A stretch of DNA of 64,000 nt from an uncultured Methanosarcinales archaeon. Lineage in GTDB: Archaea > Nanobdellota > Nanobdellia > Woesearchaeales > CAYMBN01. The stretch is from positions 12,962 through 76,961 of the forward strand of contig CAYMBN010000001.1 in assembly GCA_964388715.1 (NCBI GenBank), given 5' to 3'. The first letter of the stretch is position 1, and the number at the start of each line of letters is the position of its first letter. The notes below the pieces were generated by a model. The model saw nothing but the letters and a program-made list of their open reading frames with translations, ran no database searches and was not told the origin of the DNA. Both the position numbers and the translations under genes were made by a program. Of the stretch, positions 50,601-58,250 are shown piece after piece.

Positions 50601-53027
50601 TTCAACTACCCATCTAGTATTACCTGCAAGATCTTCAAAATAATCATATAATGTACCATCTATCCATACGCTCATCCAATAATTAGAAGGTTCATGGATG
50701 TCCATGTATACTCTTGCATAGCCGTTTTCTTCTTCTTCTTCTTCAAATGATGCTTCAAAATAATAATATTCAGAACCATAATCTCCTGAGTAACCGTAAA
50801 TTTTAACATAAACTTTGTCTGCATTTTCTATTGGTTCAGATACTGTTTCATCACTGCCTTCTCCATTGTAGGATCCATCTATAAAGTTATTACACGGGCT
50901 ATAAACTTCTAGTTCATAATCTCTGTTACTAGGCACTTCTAAATTAACAGTTATGATTCCTGTTCCAGATCCTGGTATGTCAAACTCAAACCAATCATCA
51001 TCTTCGTCGTGATCAATCTTTGATTGATATCTTGTATCTAAATTTAGATTTTCAGCGTCACTACATTCATTGTTTTGTATTGAAAAGTCATCTGATTGAC
51101 AAGTTTCAGCTTGATAGGTTTCATGATTATTAATGGATGTATTAAGATTAAGGTTTATGCTTAATCTTTTAATAAGTTCTATATCTTCTTTTCCTAATTT
51201 TCTTCTTTTAATAATAATAGTATTATTAGTTTTGTTAATAACTTCAAAAGTATAATTGAATTCTGAGCATCCATCATTACATAATGTTAATTTGATGTTG
51301 TGAGTGCCTATGGTAGAAGTATCTGTGAGATTATAATAAAAACCATAGCCTTGGAAGGTTTGTTCAGCAACCTTGCTTAGGTTGTTTTCAATTAATAATG
51401 TTATATTATCATAATAGTCTTCACTGTTGAAACTAATAAAACTGGTTTCATTTAAATTGATAACTTTTCTAAAATCAAGTTCTATGTTGGTGTCAGTGGT
51501 TTGGTTGGTCTTATTAGTTTTATTGGTTTGGTTTGTTTCATTTATTACAGTTGTTTCATTACTTTCTTGTGTTTCATTAATTTCTAGGAAGAGTTTCTCA
51601 GCGTCGATGAATCCGCTTCCGTAATAGATGTCTTTGCCTTCTTGACCAAGGTCAATTGCTTTGTTTTCAAGTAATTGTTTTATTTCAGAAGGATTAAGAG
51701 AATTGTTTTTTTCTAATAATAATGCAGTGATTCCCGCTATGTGTGGAGCTGACATTGAAGTTCCGTCTAGTGTTTCATAAGTGTTTCCATAGAATGAAGA
51801 AGTGATTTCTTTACCAGGAGCAACTATGTCTGGTTTTAGGTATTGACCAAAGTCTTGGCCTGATGAAAAGCATGCCCATTCAAGATTATCATCAACAGCG
51901 CCAACTGTGATTGCATCTTTGAAATTACCAGGAGTTGTTACTCCAACAAAACCTTTACATCTTTCACTAGGGCATGTTTCTCCACAATTACCAGCAGAGA
52001 TAACAACAGTAGTACCCATGTCAATTGCATCTTTAAGTGTTCCAATTACAGGACTGTTTGCATCATTGAATGGTGCTCCTATGCTTAAAACAATAACATC
52101 TGCACCGTCATCTGTTTCAGAATTGTTATCAGGGTCAATTGCCCAGTTAATTCCTGCAATAATGGTTTCTGTTGAACCTTTTCCTTTACTTGTTAAGACT
52201 TTTGCATTAATAAGAGATGCATCTGGTGCAACACCTTTATACTCACCATTACCTAAAGCAATACCTGCAACATGTGTTCCATGACCATTTTTATCATTAG
52301 TATCTCCCTCATTAGTAAATTCTTTGGATAAAATAGTTTTGTTAAGAAACATTTCGTGATTTTCATCAATACCTGTGTCAAGTACAGCTATTTTGATACC
52401 TTTTCCTGTGAAATTAAGGTTCCATGGGATAGGAATATTCATTAGGTCAACTGAGCTGTCTAACATTAAACTGTATTCTCTGTTTGGCCAGGTACTGTTA
52501 ACAGAAATATCCTTAGTGACTTCTTCAACTTTGGATGCTGGGATTTCAGCAGAAATAGTTTTACCTACATCATAAGTTGCTTTTACTTTTCCACCTGTTT
52601 GTTTAATTTTGTCAGAAATTTCTTGAAATTGAGATTCATTTTGTACTACAATAATAATATCAACATTTGATTCATTGTCATCTTCTATTTTTTTGTTAAC
52701 TAATTTGTGAACTTTGTTATTATCTATATTGTTTTCTGGTGGTCTTGGAGAGCTTCCACCACCACTGCCACCTCTGAAGGTTATTATGGGTTCTTCAGTG
52801 GTTTCTGTTATATTTGGTTCTTGTGTATCATTGAAATCAAAGTCTAGTAGTATGATATTTGCTGTGGTTTGATTAGTTTCTTGCACTGGAGCCTTTAATT
52901 CAATGGTATTATTAGATATTATGGTTGGAATGAGTTCTTCTTTAGGGTTTTGAAGCAAAATTGGAGTGATGATGATAAAGAAAAGAAATATAGTGATTAA
53001 TATAGGTATTTTAACCTGCCTGACCAT
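44649..53027 (-). CDS. giant secreted subtilisin-like (S8) serine protease with Cys-rich duplicated modules, CARDB-like domains, a membrane-spanning segment and a C-terminal HExxH-containing tail (2792 aa)
   Basis: Signal peptide, then an I9-like propeptide. S8 catalytic triad blocks: AVLDTGID (Asp about residue 217), NGHGTHVAG (His about 249), GTSMSAPHIAG (Ser about 424). PPC-type domain (DHDEDDDWFEFDIPG). A roughly 295-aa tandem duplication. Hydrophobic segment ITAVSIALIPISFGASAGYLGGAAVVKAVLITDLVVSGI. A 455-aa tail with VINHEFAHNF. Confidence 0.85.
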   Translation of the reverse strand: MVRQVKIPILITIFLFFIIITPILLQNPKEELIPTIISNNTIELKAPVQETNQTTANIILLDFDFNDTQEPNITETTEEPIITFRGGSGGGSSPRPPENNIDNNKVHKLVNKKIEDDNESNVDIIIVVQNESQFQEISDKIKQTGGKVKATYDVGKTISAEIPASKVEEVTKDISVNSTWPNREYSLMLDSSVDLMNIPIPWNLNFTGKGIKIAVLDTGIDENHEMFLNKTILSKEFTNEGDTNDKNGHGTHVAGIALGNGEYKGVAPDASLINAKVLTSKGKGSTETIIAGINWAIDPDNNSETDDGADVIVLSIGAPFNDANSPVIGTLKDAIDMGTTVVISAGNCGETCPSERCKGFVGVTTPGNFKDAITVGAVDDNLEWACFSSGQDFGQYLKPDIVAPGKEITSSFYGNTYETLDGTSMSAPHIAGITALLLEKNNSLNPSEIKQLLENKAIDLGQEGKDIYYGSGFIDAEKLFLEINETQESNETTVINETNQTNKTNKTNQTTDTNIELDFRKVINLNETSFISFNSEDYYDNITLLIENNLSKVAEQTFQGYGFYYNLTDTSTIGTHNIKLTLCNDGCSEFNYTFEVINKTNNTIIIKRRKLGKEDIELIKRLSINLNLNTSINNHETYQAETCQSDDFSIQNNECSDAENLNLDTRYQSKIDHDEDDDWFEFDIPGSGTGIITVNLEVPSNRDYELEVYSPCNNFIDGSYNGEGSDETVSEPIENADKVYVKIYGYSGDYGSEYYYFEASFEEEEEENGYARVYMDIHEPSNYWMSVWIDGTLYDYFEDLAGNTRWVVEPDYELSAGTHEIQIKGLNLVTNEDYNHEISKNIPENTVVEYEFEVDLRDCTSGSCCDSYGYYRPSSWTCNYQYDTEYGCPWGTDLGDDVGRRYKRRYCSGSSSSCSGSTSWDSWQSYRSCDSDERCNPSTYQCDVDPCANKNCGDTCDGNTRKYNGYCSGGTCYYSNTESCTHGCSSGSCITATCGDGTCHQGENCPKDCLVIAGFYELPSSFEEDKNVTVKVIIENIGTVSQTSKVEVGIYSSDFYTQDFTTHGSSEGITGCCEENKYFDTRQVTRGAGERQTTTFYLTTPSKLSVDACDQDPPPNSAWGDSFVIIAGSYSECGSGYDSTTEEQSIDITPICDDDQCTSYHWRTCNEVDTFCCSGDESDGNSDTAYPQYYCEDNFDWSACSNLWGHLEGCEQRDDLYCTQEDGLWMFRECEHGCSGEQCNPDPCTGVTCDDTCDGDTRKYSGSCLSGSCSYLTEDCTHGCSDGQCITPSCGDGTCHPGEDCPKDCLVIVGFFQLQSSVEEDENITINVSIRNDGTVIQTGKVEVGMYASDFYTQDFTGQTSSSHRITGCCENNTYFATKEVTRDPGEQRYSAFNLKAPSKISVDACDQDPPPNSAWGDSFVVIAGAYSACGEDYYSSTGEQSIEVTPICNDNQCTSYFWKTCNEVDTFCCSGDDEDDSEDTAYPQYFCEDNLGWAPCSNLWGHLNACDQRGGLYCTEEDGLWKFRDCPGGCDTTTHECVPLCGDGICEDGETEYNCEDDCYSDIIIETIKNVNPDEAEENQVVTFTAQVKNQGTVTGNIFIEGAVVPESWRDIIYPLEPFSTQTVIDNIIEICPGNKFYDYKIIEELEPGQTEDVEFEVIAPNRSSVNDCDDNTPKASAWDDEFRIIAGTYLHPSGGNYEHFNYATYIVGERECVHPFGTFPECSCLEDAYKCFDNETCNLGNGKCEFNGPCTGLPDGSSENCQCHSDEDCTDHEPDTECRFGQIFNDCIPIEYEDQCNTIDEFKCKDNALYRCEQQEKYKDWMYVTGCTRKQICMADQEACVNIGNYDLVIDDAPPGITLNKQQHTIMGVNVKINGYVDPDTQLEYDETNFELIEGDACLNQNYNQGDNKCYFYVNSLPSKTYLFTFGKDSQRIYTIGQDPVIAYITNKKQLLRRYNDEKAVKLLLTKVYEEAAANYGVVHDLDLQFQHLDEYNNTHPFDIPFSEYSEDRLFPKMNDNSYAQEVTKFIQDQLSFAGNVVLVGDDYVIPHSREIYSIRAGSLPAWLRPWYNTIKSNAKYLYYISGLGPMKQLYDQVSPELSDMTFPDPGKLLPDDIVIKNMYTDQSMVQRNMEYDFSNIDELFRHDEATRGNEVKIILPNTVTSEMRSAIENFKNKLVAEKLVDKKEYFSEIQGSELNCNDFNLFGDWWLFDALDVPIIIGTKETNPALNCYPMYTTGEFEDVISIEPSVWNGDSAAIIFNTNNPKTINGFADEILPNGTYESLHGRGYMLFHDTITAVSIALIPISFGASAGYLGGAAVVKAVLITDLVVSGIDAIDTCYVRRGRLPNGTMEVVECGLTLAPIASYGVGKAVGKIRVAKFMKTVDTMAGSADEIALYRRAATSFTVKSGDAASVLTKVPKAKYPQFIKVIAQNIDSAGKIADDDFIKPFTKVFMKSNIKRAALTNNDELLDAIGSVVKKHASAGDDVLESIAKIASKKGDSSSKLLKIMDKTTETWKKADIEELAKFSDDTLKYADDALEATVKVSDSLDELKHLDDGIVQIKKAYGSIDDFLKQVPDTYDAVQQKKLIKTIGQADNSLPLDDAAKKIKKIEFVDNLPEGIPARLDAEEQIIYVSKNANPKEVLENVINHEFAHNFINQKLPVEVRSQLPLEFEEFLTESVAKKHIAGHVLSDVDNLPYPKVHFETLIDNPAVLPDRTANLLAQAKGHNPGVYKKFMGIIKRKGVKGAAISNLADEYHRASGLLDIADDVAQSSVVDRIIRYTDELLSIFV
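44652..46016 (-). other. C-terminal 455-aa tail distal to the hydrophobic segment, predominantly alpha-helical, with HExxH (HEFAH about 45063-45077)
   Basis: VLENVINHEFAHNFINQ, with Glu-rich LEFEEFLTES 20-30 residues downstream. There are no Cys residues here, in contrast to the ectodomain. Confidence 0.5.
48420..50200 (-). repeat. intragenic tandem duplication (2 x roughly 880-900 nt) encoding paired Cys-rich plus CARDB-like modules
   Basis: DPCANKNCGDTCDG...CEHGCSGEQC is followed by PDPCTGVTCDDTCDG...CPGGCDTTTHEC with the same order of motifs (CLVI.GF, VEVG.Y.SDFYTQDFT, VDACDQDPPPNSAWGDSF, CNEVDTFCCSGD, LWGHL). Plus-strand shadow ORFs at 48509 and 49370 are also alike. Confidence 0.75.
51588..52460 (-). 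other. S8 subtilase catalytic domain within the 2792-aa protein
   Basis: Asp/His/Ser blocks as above, with the oxyanion-region sequence ISAGNCGE. Coordinates are approximate, derived from residue counting. Confidence 0.75.
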
Positions 53028-53181
53028 ATAGTACCCTCATTAAGTTATTCAATTTTATCCCCCTTTATTACTAATTATAGGGTTATCTTAATTTATAAAG
53101 GTTGTGATAATATATCGGAATATTTCCGGCAGCTAATTCTTCATAAAAACCTTTATAAAACTAACTATTTTTTTAAGTATT

Positions 53182-53994
53182 ATGATTGAAACAACTGTAA
53201 AGAATACTATTAAGAAGTATAAATTGCTTAGTAAAAAGGATAAGGTTATTGTAGCTTGCTCAGGTGGAAAGGATTCTACTGTTGTTTTATATTTGTTGAA
53301 GAAGTTAGGTTATAATGTAGAAGCAATGACAATTGATCTTAAGATAGGTGATTGGTCAAAAAAGAATTTGAAAAATTTGAAAGAGTTTTGTGATAAGTAT
53401 GGAGTTAAGTTACACATTATTGATATTAGAAAAGAGTTTGGCTTTTCAATGTGTTATATCCGTTCTGCTATTCAAGAGAAGAAAAAATTAACCAACTGTA
53501 TGATTTGTGGAATTATAAAAAAATGGTTGATTAATAAAAAAGCAAGAGAGTTGGGTGGTAGTAAGTTAGTAACTGGTCATAATCTGGATGATGGTGCTGA
53601 GACTGTTATGTTGAATCTTTTGAAAGGTAATCCTGAATTAGGAGTTGGAACAGGACCAATGACTGGTGTTATTCGTGATAAAAAGTTTGTTCCAAGAGTG
53701 AAACCATTGTACTTTTGTTTCAATTCTGAAATCATGAAGTTTTCGAAAAAAATGAAGTTTCCTGTATTGTATGAGGCTTGTCCTTGTTCAAATAACACTG
53801 TGTTTAGGAGAAGAATTAGAAATCAATTGAATGAAATGGATAGTAAAGTAAAGGTAAATATCGTGAATAAATTCATAAAGATTGTTCCAAAATTGAAAAG
53901 AGCAAAAGGAAAGCTGAATTATTGCGAGATCTGTGGAGAACCTTCAAGGAGAGAGGTTTGTAGAATGTGTGAGTTGTTGAAAGTTATTTCTTAA
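53182..53994 (+). CDS. tRNA 2-thiolation PP-loop ATPase (TtcA/NcsA family)
   Basis: PP-loop ACSGGKDS, GHNLDDGAETVMLNLLKG, and C-terminal Zn-ribbon cysteines (CEICG....CRMC). Confidence 0.7.
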   Translation: MIETTVKNTIKKYKLLSKKDKVIVACSGGKDSTVVLYLLKKLGYNVEAMTIDLKIGDWSKKNLKNLKEFCDKYGVKLHIIDIRKEFGFSMCYIRSAIQEKKKLTNCMICGIIKKWLINKKARELGGSKLVTGHNLDDGAETVMLNLLKGNPELGVGTGPMTGVIRDKKFVPRVKPLYFCFNSEIMKFSKKMKFPVLYEACPCSNNTVFRRRIRNQLNEMDSKVKVNIVNKFIKIVPKLKRAKGKLNYCEICGEPSRREVCRMCELLKVIS

Positions 53995-54653
53995 CTTTCT
54001 GTTGGTCCTTTTTCATCAGGATATAACATATTGATTTCTTCTTGAGCAGAACTAAGAAGTCCTTTTTTAGTGTCTGTGTAACCTTGTGATAATAAGATAT
54101 ATTCTTTATGTAAAGCAATAAATCTACCTACCTTTTGCATTAAATATTCAGGTATTTTATCATTATGTTCTTCAACAAAAGTTTCAAATTTCTTTAGTTT
54201 ATCCTCATCTTCTCTTTCTCTTTCACTATCCTTTTCTAGTGTAGATTCACCTTCTTTAATTACCTCAGTATAAAGTCCTTTTTTTGTTCTTCCAGTACTA
54301 ACTACACATCTAGCTTTTGACATTAGTTTTGCAAGTCCTGATAAACCATAATCCCCTGTCCTTTCAAGTGCTCCTTTTCTATCTCTATTTCCTTCAATAA
54401 GAGAACCTAGAAAAAGATTACAAACACTATTGTATTGTCTCCTTAAATCATTTAATCTTTCATAAGCTTCAATCCTAGGTGTTAAATATTGATCAAAAGT
54501 TTCCTCAAATCTTTGTTCGTCAGTAACAGATTCTTTGAGTTGTTTCCAATTAACTCTATCTCCAGAAGTCTGACTAAGCATGTTATTATAATCATCATAC
54601 TCTTGTTCTATCTCCTTTAATCTAGTGCTTAATCCACTAATATCTTGAGCCAT
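53991..54653 (-). CDS. hypothetical coiled-coil protein (220 aa)
   Basis: ORF only, with charged heptad-like segments. Confidence 0.45.
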   Translation of the reverse strand: MAQDISGLSTRLKEIEQEYDDYNNMLSQTSGDRVNWKQLKESVTDEQRFEETFDQYLTPRIEAYERLNDLRRQYNSVCNLFLGSLIEGNRDRKGALERTGDYGLSGLAKLMSKARCVVSTGRTKKGLYTEVIKEGESTLEKDSEREREDEDKLKKFETFVEEHNDKIPEYLMQKVGRFIALHKEYILLSQGYTDTKKGLLSSAQEEINMLYPDEKGPTES

Positions 54654-54795
54654 TTTAATTCTAAGAAATTTATTTACTTATAAATATTTATATTCTTAAG
54701 TTTTCTAATTCTTTGTCTGAAATCTTTTGATTTTATACAATATAAATATTTATAAATCCTTGATGATTACTTTATAAAATAAGGAGGGGATATTT

Positions 54796-55653
54796 ATGGA
54801 AAACACAAGTCAACCAATGGATCATTTAAAACAATTTTCCGATTATTATGCACGTTTTGCTGAGATGCTTGTAAAAGCAGAGGAAATAAATAAAATATTT
54901 GGCAGAACAGTTGTGATAGAAAATGCAATCAACCAATTTGATAAGTCTGGTGAAAGTCTTAATGTCCTTCTTAAGGAATATTTTCCTTCTCACACACTAC
55001 CAGATAATCTTAAAAAGAAACTTGGCCTGGATGATGTAGAGAAAGTCATTAAACAAATAACTAAAAAATCTGATTTAGAAAAATCTATTAAAAACTTTAA
55101 TAAAGAATACACTCGGAAAGGGAGTGGCCAAACCTTATTCTATACACATATACAATTAAAAAAAGATGATAATGGTCAAAAGAGTATTAAATTAGATTAT
55201 AATTTTAAAGAAATGCAGAAAGGTTTCCCAGTAAAATTTGAACTACCTATTTTAACTAATATATTAGGAAGTGCTTATTGCGCATTGTTTGTTCTTGATT
55301 TAACTATTGAAGATTCAACTCCTTCAGATGTAAGGAATAAGGTTTTGGAGTATTTGGATACTCTAGCTAGTATGCTTGGAAGTGAAGGTTTAAAGGCAAT
55401 TAGTGTAGGAGAGCCAACTATGCCGATCTATGATTTAATTGCGCCTTCTGGTCTAGAGCAAAAACAAGCAGCAGAATTCTGCAATAAAATTGGAATAATA
55501 AAACCTTCCTCTCTTAGTGGAGGGAAATATGAGATTACTCCTTTAGGTAAAAATTTGTTTTCTTATCTAGGTAATTCAGGTAAAACATTTGACTCATATC
55601 CACATATCAAGCAATATTCAAAACAATTAAGAGCAGAGAAAACCTTAAAATAA
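54796..55653 (+). CDS. hypothetical protein (285 aa)
   Basis: ORF preceded by the SD-like AAGGAGGGG. No motif recognised. Confidence 0.5.
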   Translation: MENTSQPMDHLKQFSDYYARFAEMLVKAEEINKIFGRTVVIENAINQFDKSGESLNVLLKEYFPSHTLPDNLKKKLGLDDVEKVIKQITKKSDLEKSIKNFNKEYTRKGSGQTLFYTHIQLKKDDNGQKSIKLDYNFKEMQKGFPVKFELPILTNILGSAYCALFVLDLTIEDSTPSDVRNKVLEYLDTLASMLGSEGLKAISVGEPTMPIYDLIAPSGLEQKQAAEFCNKIGIIKPSSLSGGKYEITPLGKNLFSYLGNSGKTFDSYPHIKQYSKQLRAEKTLK

Positions 55654-55668
55654 TTTTTTATTTTTTTA
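55654..55668. terminator. bidirectional oligo-T tract between convergent genes
   Basis: TTTTTTATTTTTTTA. Confidence 0.4.
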
Positions 55669-55669
55669 A

Positions 55670-56677
55670 TTAAATTCTTAACCTTTCTAATTCTTCATCA
55701 GAAATGCTTTCAACAATTATTTCTTTTTTATTGTAGTTGATGGTTACTTTGTCTGTTTTTGCGTCTGAGTAACGTGCTGTTAGTTGTGCCGCGATTAGGA
55801 TTGCTTTTTTTGTCTTTTTTCCTTGAAGGAGTGTTGTTGGGCCCATGATGTCTTTTGCTTCGAAAACATAATCTGTTTTGTTTTTTTGTTTTAGAAGTTG
55901 TTGGTTGTCTTGTAGGTTTCTGCCAACTATGATTTTGTTTGTTCTAAATCTGAAATGTCTCCCTAGTTTGAGAAGTTTTACATCATTGATTGTGAATTTG
56001 TGATTGAATAGGTCTTTTAGTTTTTTAGAATATGCTTCGCATGTTAATAAACATCCTCCTGCAGGTGTTTCGTAGTTAGTTATTTTGAATTTTTTTGCAA
56101 GAGCAAATTGTCTTTTTCTACTTCTACCTCTGAGGTTCATGAGTTTTTGTCTATCAACATATGCTTTTTCTTCTGCTTCTGTCTCAGGTAATAGTTTTGC
56201 TGATAATGGTCTAAGTAGTTTGTTTTTTAATCCTGCTTCTTGTGCAACAATATCTAATGATTTTCTGTTTTGGCTCATTGGTCTTTCATCAAGAACTTCT
56301 CCTGTGAAAATGAATTTTGCGTTTATTTTTTTTGCAAAAGCTTTTGCTTTTTTTATCATATAAGCATGGCAGTCAATGCAAGGGTTCATGTTTTTACCAT
56401 GACCATGCTTTGGTTTTTTAACCATTTTAAGATAATTCATGCCAAGATTAATGAATTTTATCTTGAATCCTTGTTGTTTTGCAACTTGTTGCATTTTTTG
56501 CATTTTTTTGTCAGAAACAAAGAATGGAGAACGAAATGCAACTGCAGTGACATCAATATTTTGTTGTTGAATGAGTTTTATAGCTAGCAAAGAGTCAAGT
56601 CCTCCTGAAAATAAACTTACGGCTTTTACAAAAACCTTTGGTTTTTCTAAACTTTTTTCATTCTTCAAAAATTTCAT
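55670..56677 (-). CDS. PP-loop ATPase, MnmA/ThiI-like tRNA sulfurtransferase
   Basis: SGGLDS PP-loop near the N-terminus. An NPC motif (NMNPCIDCH) about 65 aa later resembles MnmA NPDILCN. A second Cys sits in TPAGGCLLTC. 335 aa. Confidence 0.55.
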   Translation of the reverse strand: MKFLKNEKSLEKPKVFVKAVSLFSGGLDSLLAIKLIQQQNIDVTAVAFRSPFFVSDKKMQKMQQVAKQQGFKIKFINLGMNYLKMVKKPKHGHGKNMNPCIDCHAYMIKKAKAFAKKINAKFIFTGEVLDERPMSQNRKSLDIVAQEAGLKNKLLRPLSAKLLPETEAEEKAYVDRQKLMNLRGRSRKRQFALAKKFKITNYETPAGGCLLTCEAYSKKLKDLFNHKFTINDVKLLKLGRHFRFRTNKIIVGRNLQDNQQLLKQKNKTDYVFEAKDIMGPTTLLQGKKTKKAILIAAQLTARYSDAKTDKVTINYNKKEIIVESISDEELERLRI

Positions 56678-57360
56678 TTTTTCATGTAAAATTTTCTTTT
56701 CTTTTCATCAAACTTTTCAATTGAGTATCTTAACATTGTTCTGGGCATTGTTTTGTAGTGTTTTTTTAGGAACTTCTCTTCTACTTCTTGATTTCTCTTG
56801 CCAATCTCTCTTAATCCCCAACCAACTGCTTTATGTATCAAGTCATGTTTATCTTTTAATAATAACTTAGATATTTTTAGTGAATCTTTAAAATCATTTT
56901 TATCAATAAAAGCAAATGTAGCTAGCATAGAAATTCTTCTTTCCCATAAACTATCTGATCTTGCAAGTTTGTATAAGATTTTTCTAGGTTTGTCTAACAG
57001 ATAGTCACCAATTATCTTTGGAGCAGAAAGGTCAATTAAGTCCCAATTGTTGATGTTTTTTGTGTTTTTTAAGTAGAAATTAAATATTTGTTTTTTATTA
57101 TCTGTTTTTTGGTATTGCGCAATAAGGATGAATATAGCAGTTAATCTTTGTTCATGTATTTTAGTGTTAAGAAGTTTTTGAATGTCTTTTAATGGAAGAT
57201 CCTTGTATTTTTGTGCTATTTTTCTTTGTTGTGGTACCATAACTCCAAGAAAAATGTCTCCTTCACCGTATTCTCCTTTGCCTGTTTTGAAGAAGCCTTG
57301 CAATAACTTTGCTTTTTCAGGATTTGCAACTTTTTTTAGGTCTTTTATTAGTTGTTTCAT
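56674..57360 (-). CDS. DNA alkylation repair protein (AlkD/AlkC-like HEAT-repeat glycosylase)
   Basis: The HKAVGWGLREIGKR block and overall HEAT-like repeats of the DNA_alkylation family. 228 aa. Confidence 0.7.
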   Translation of the reverse strand: MKQLIKDLKKVANPEKAKLLQGFFKTGKGEYGEGDIFLGVMVPQQRKIAQKYKDLPLKDIQKLLNTKIHEQRLTAIFILIAQYQKTDNKKQIFNFYLKNTKNINNWDLIDLSAPKIIGDYLLDKPRKILYKLARSDSLWERRISMLATFAFIDKNDFKDSLKISKLLLKDKHDLIHKAVGWGLREIGKRNQEVEEKFLKKHYKTMPRTMLRYSIEKFDEKKRKFYMKK

Positions 57361-58250
57361 ATTTTTTCAACTAAACCTCTGATATGCTCAACAGCTTTAC
57401 CAAATAATTCTTTTTCTTCATTACTTAAATCAATCTCAACAATCTCTTCAACACCGTTTTTTCCAAGTTTCACAGGCCATCCAATAAAAATATTGTCTTT
57501 AAAAACAGAACAAGGTACAATCTCTTTTTTGTCATTTACTATTATGTCTATCATTTTAACAATACTTGAGACAGGTGCATAACAAGTTAATCCAGCTAAT
57601 TTAATAACTTCTGCTCCTGCTTTTTTTGTTTTTTCAATAATTTCATTAATTTTTTCTTTTGGTAATAGTTCAGTAAGTTTTTTATCTTTCACAATTGTTT
57701 GGCTAGCAACAGGAACCATGCTGCCACCATGTTGACCAATAACAAATCCTTTAACATCATTGACAGAAACATTAAGTTCTTGAGCAACAAATGTTTTGTA
57801 TCGTGCTGTATCTAATATTCCACCCATTCCAATTATTCTTTGTTTTGGAAAACCACTTTCTTTTGCAACAACATAAGTCATAATGTCCATTGGATTTGTG
57901 ACAACAATTAAGATTGCATTTGGAGAATGTTTTATTATTTCTCTTGTGACTGATGTTATGATTTTTTTATTTATTTCTAACAAATCTTCTCTTGTCATGC
58001 CTGGTTTTCTTGGACTTCCAGCTGTAATTACAATAATGTCAGAATCTTTTGTGTCTGCATAATCATTTGTTCCTGAAATTTTGAAATCAGAACATTCTAC
58101 AGGAGCTGCTTGTAACATGTCAAATGCTTTTCCTTTTGCTAATCCTTCTACTATGTCTACTAATACAATATCTCCTAATTTCTTTAAGAAAGTAATATGA
58201 GCTGTAGTAGCACCAATACCTCCTGCTCCGATTATTGATATTTTAGTCAT
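57357..58250 (-). CDS. mdh: malate dehydrogenase (LDH-like family)
   Basis: GAGGIGAT NAD motif. ITAGSPRKPGMTREDLL with Arg at the substrate-specificity position (MDH-type). Catalytic IGQHGGSMVP. Confidence 0.85.
   Translation of the reverse strand: MTKISIIGAGGIGATTAHITFLKKLGDIVLVDIVEGLAKGKAFDMLQAAPVECSDFKISGTNDYADTKDSDIIVITAGSPRKPGMTREDLLEINKKIITSVTREIIKHSPNAILIVVTNPMDIMTYVVAKESGFPKQRIIGMGGILDTARYKTFVAQELNVSVNDVKGFVIGQHGGSMVPVASQTIVKDKKLTELLPKEKINEIIEKTKKAGAEVIKLAGLTCYAPVSSIVKMIDIIVNDKKEIVPCSVFKDNIFIGWPVKLGKNGVEEIVEIDLSNEEKELFGKAVEHIRGLVEKI

Noticed and set aside
53117-53131. Inverted repeat CGGAA-tat-TTCCG in the promoter region of the S8 giant gene
   Set aside because: With 5-bp arms only, it is expected by chance in a 150-bp region. 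Noted but not reportable as a site without conservation data.
56085-57582. Chain of plus-strand 60-105-aa ORFs overlapping the PP-loop, AlkD-like and mdh genes
   Set aside because: All are antisense to motif-supported minus-strand genes and are Phe/Ser/Leu-rich artefacts of A-rich coding strands.
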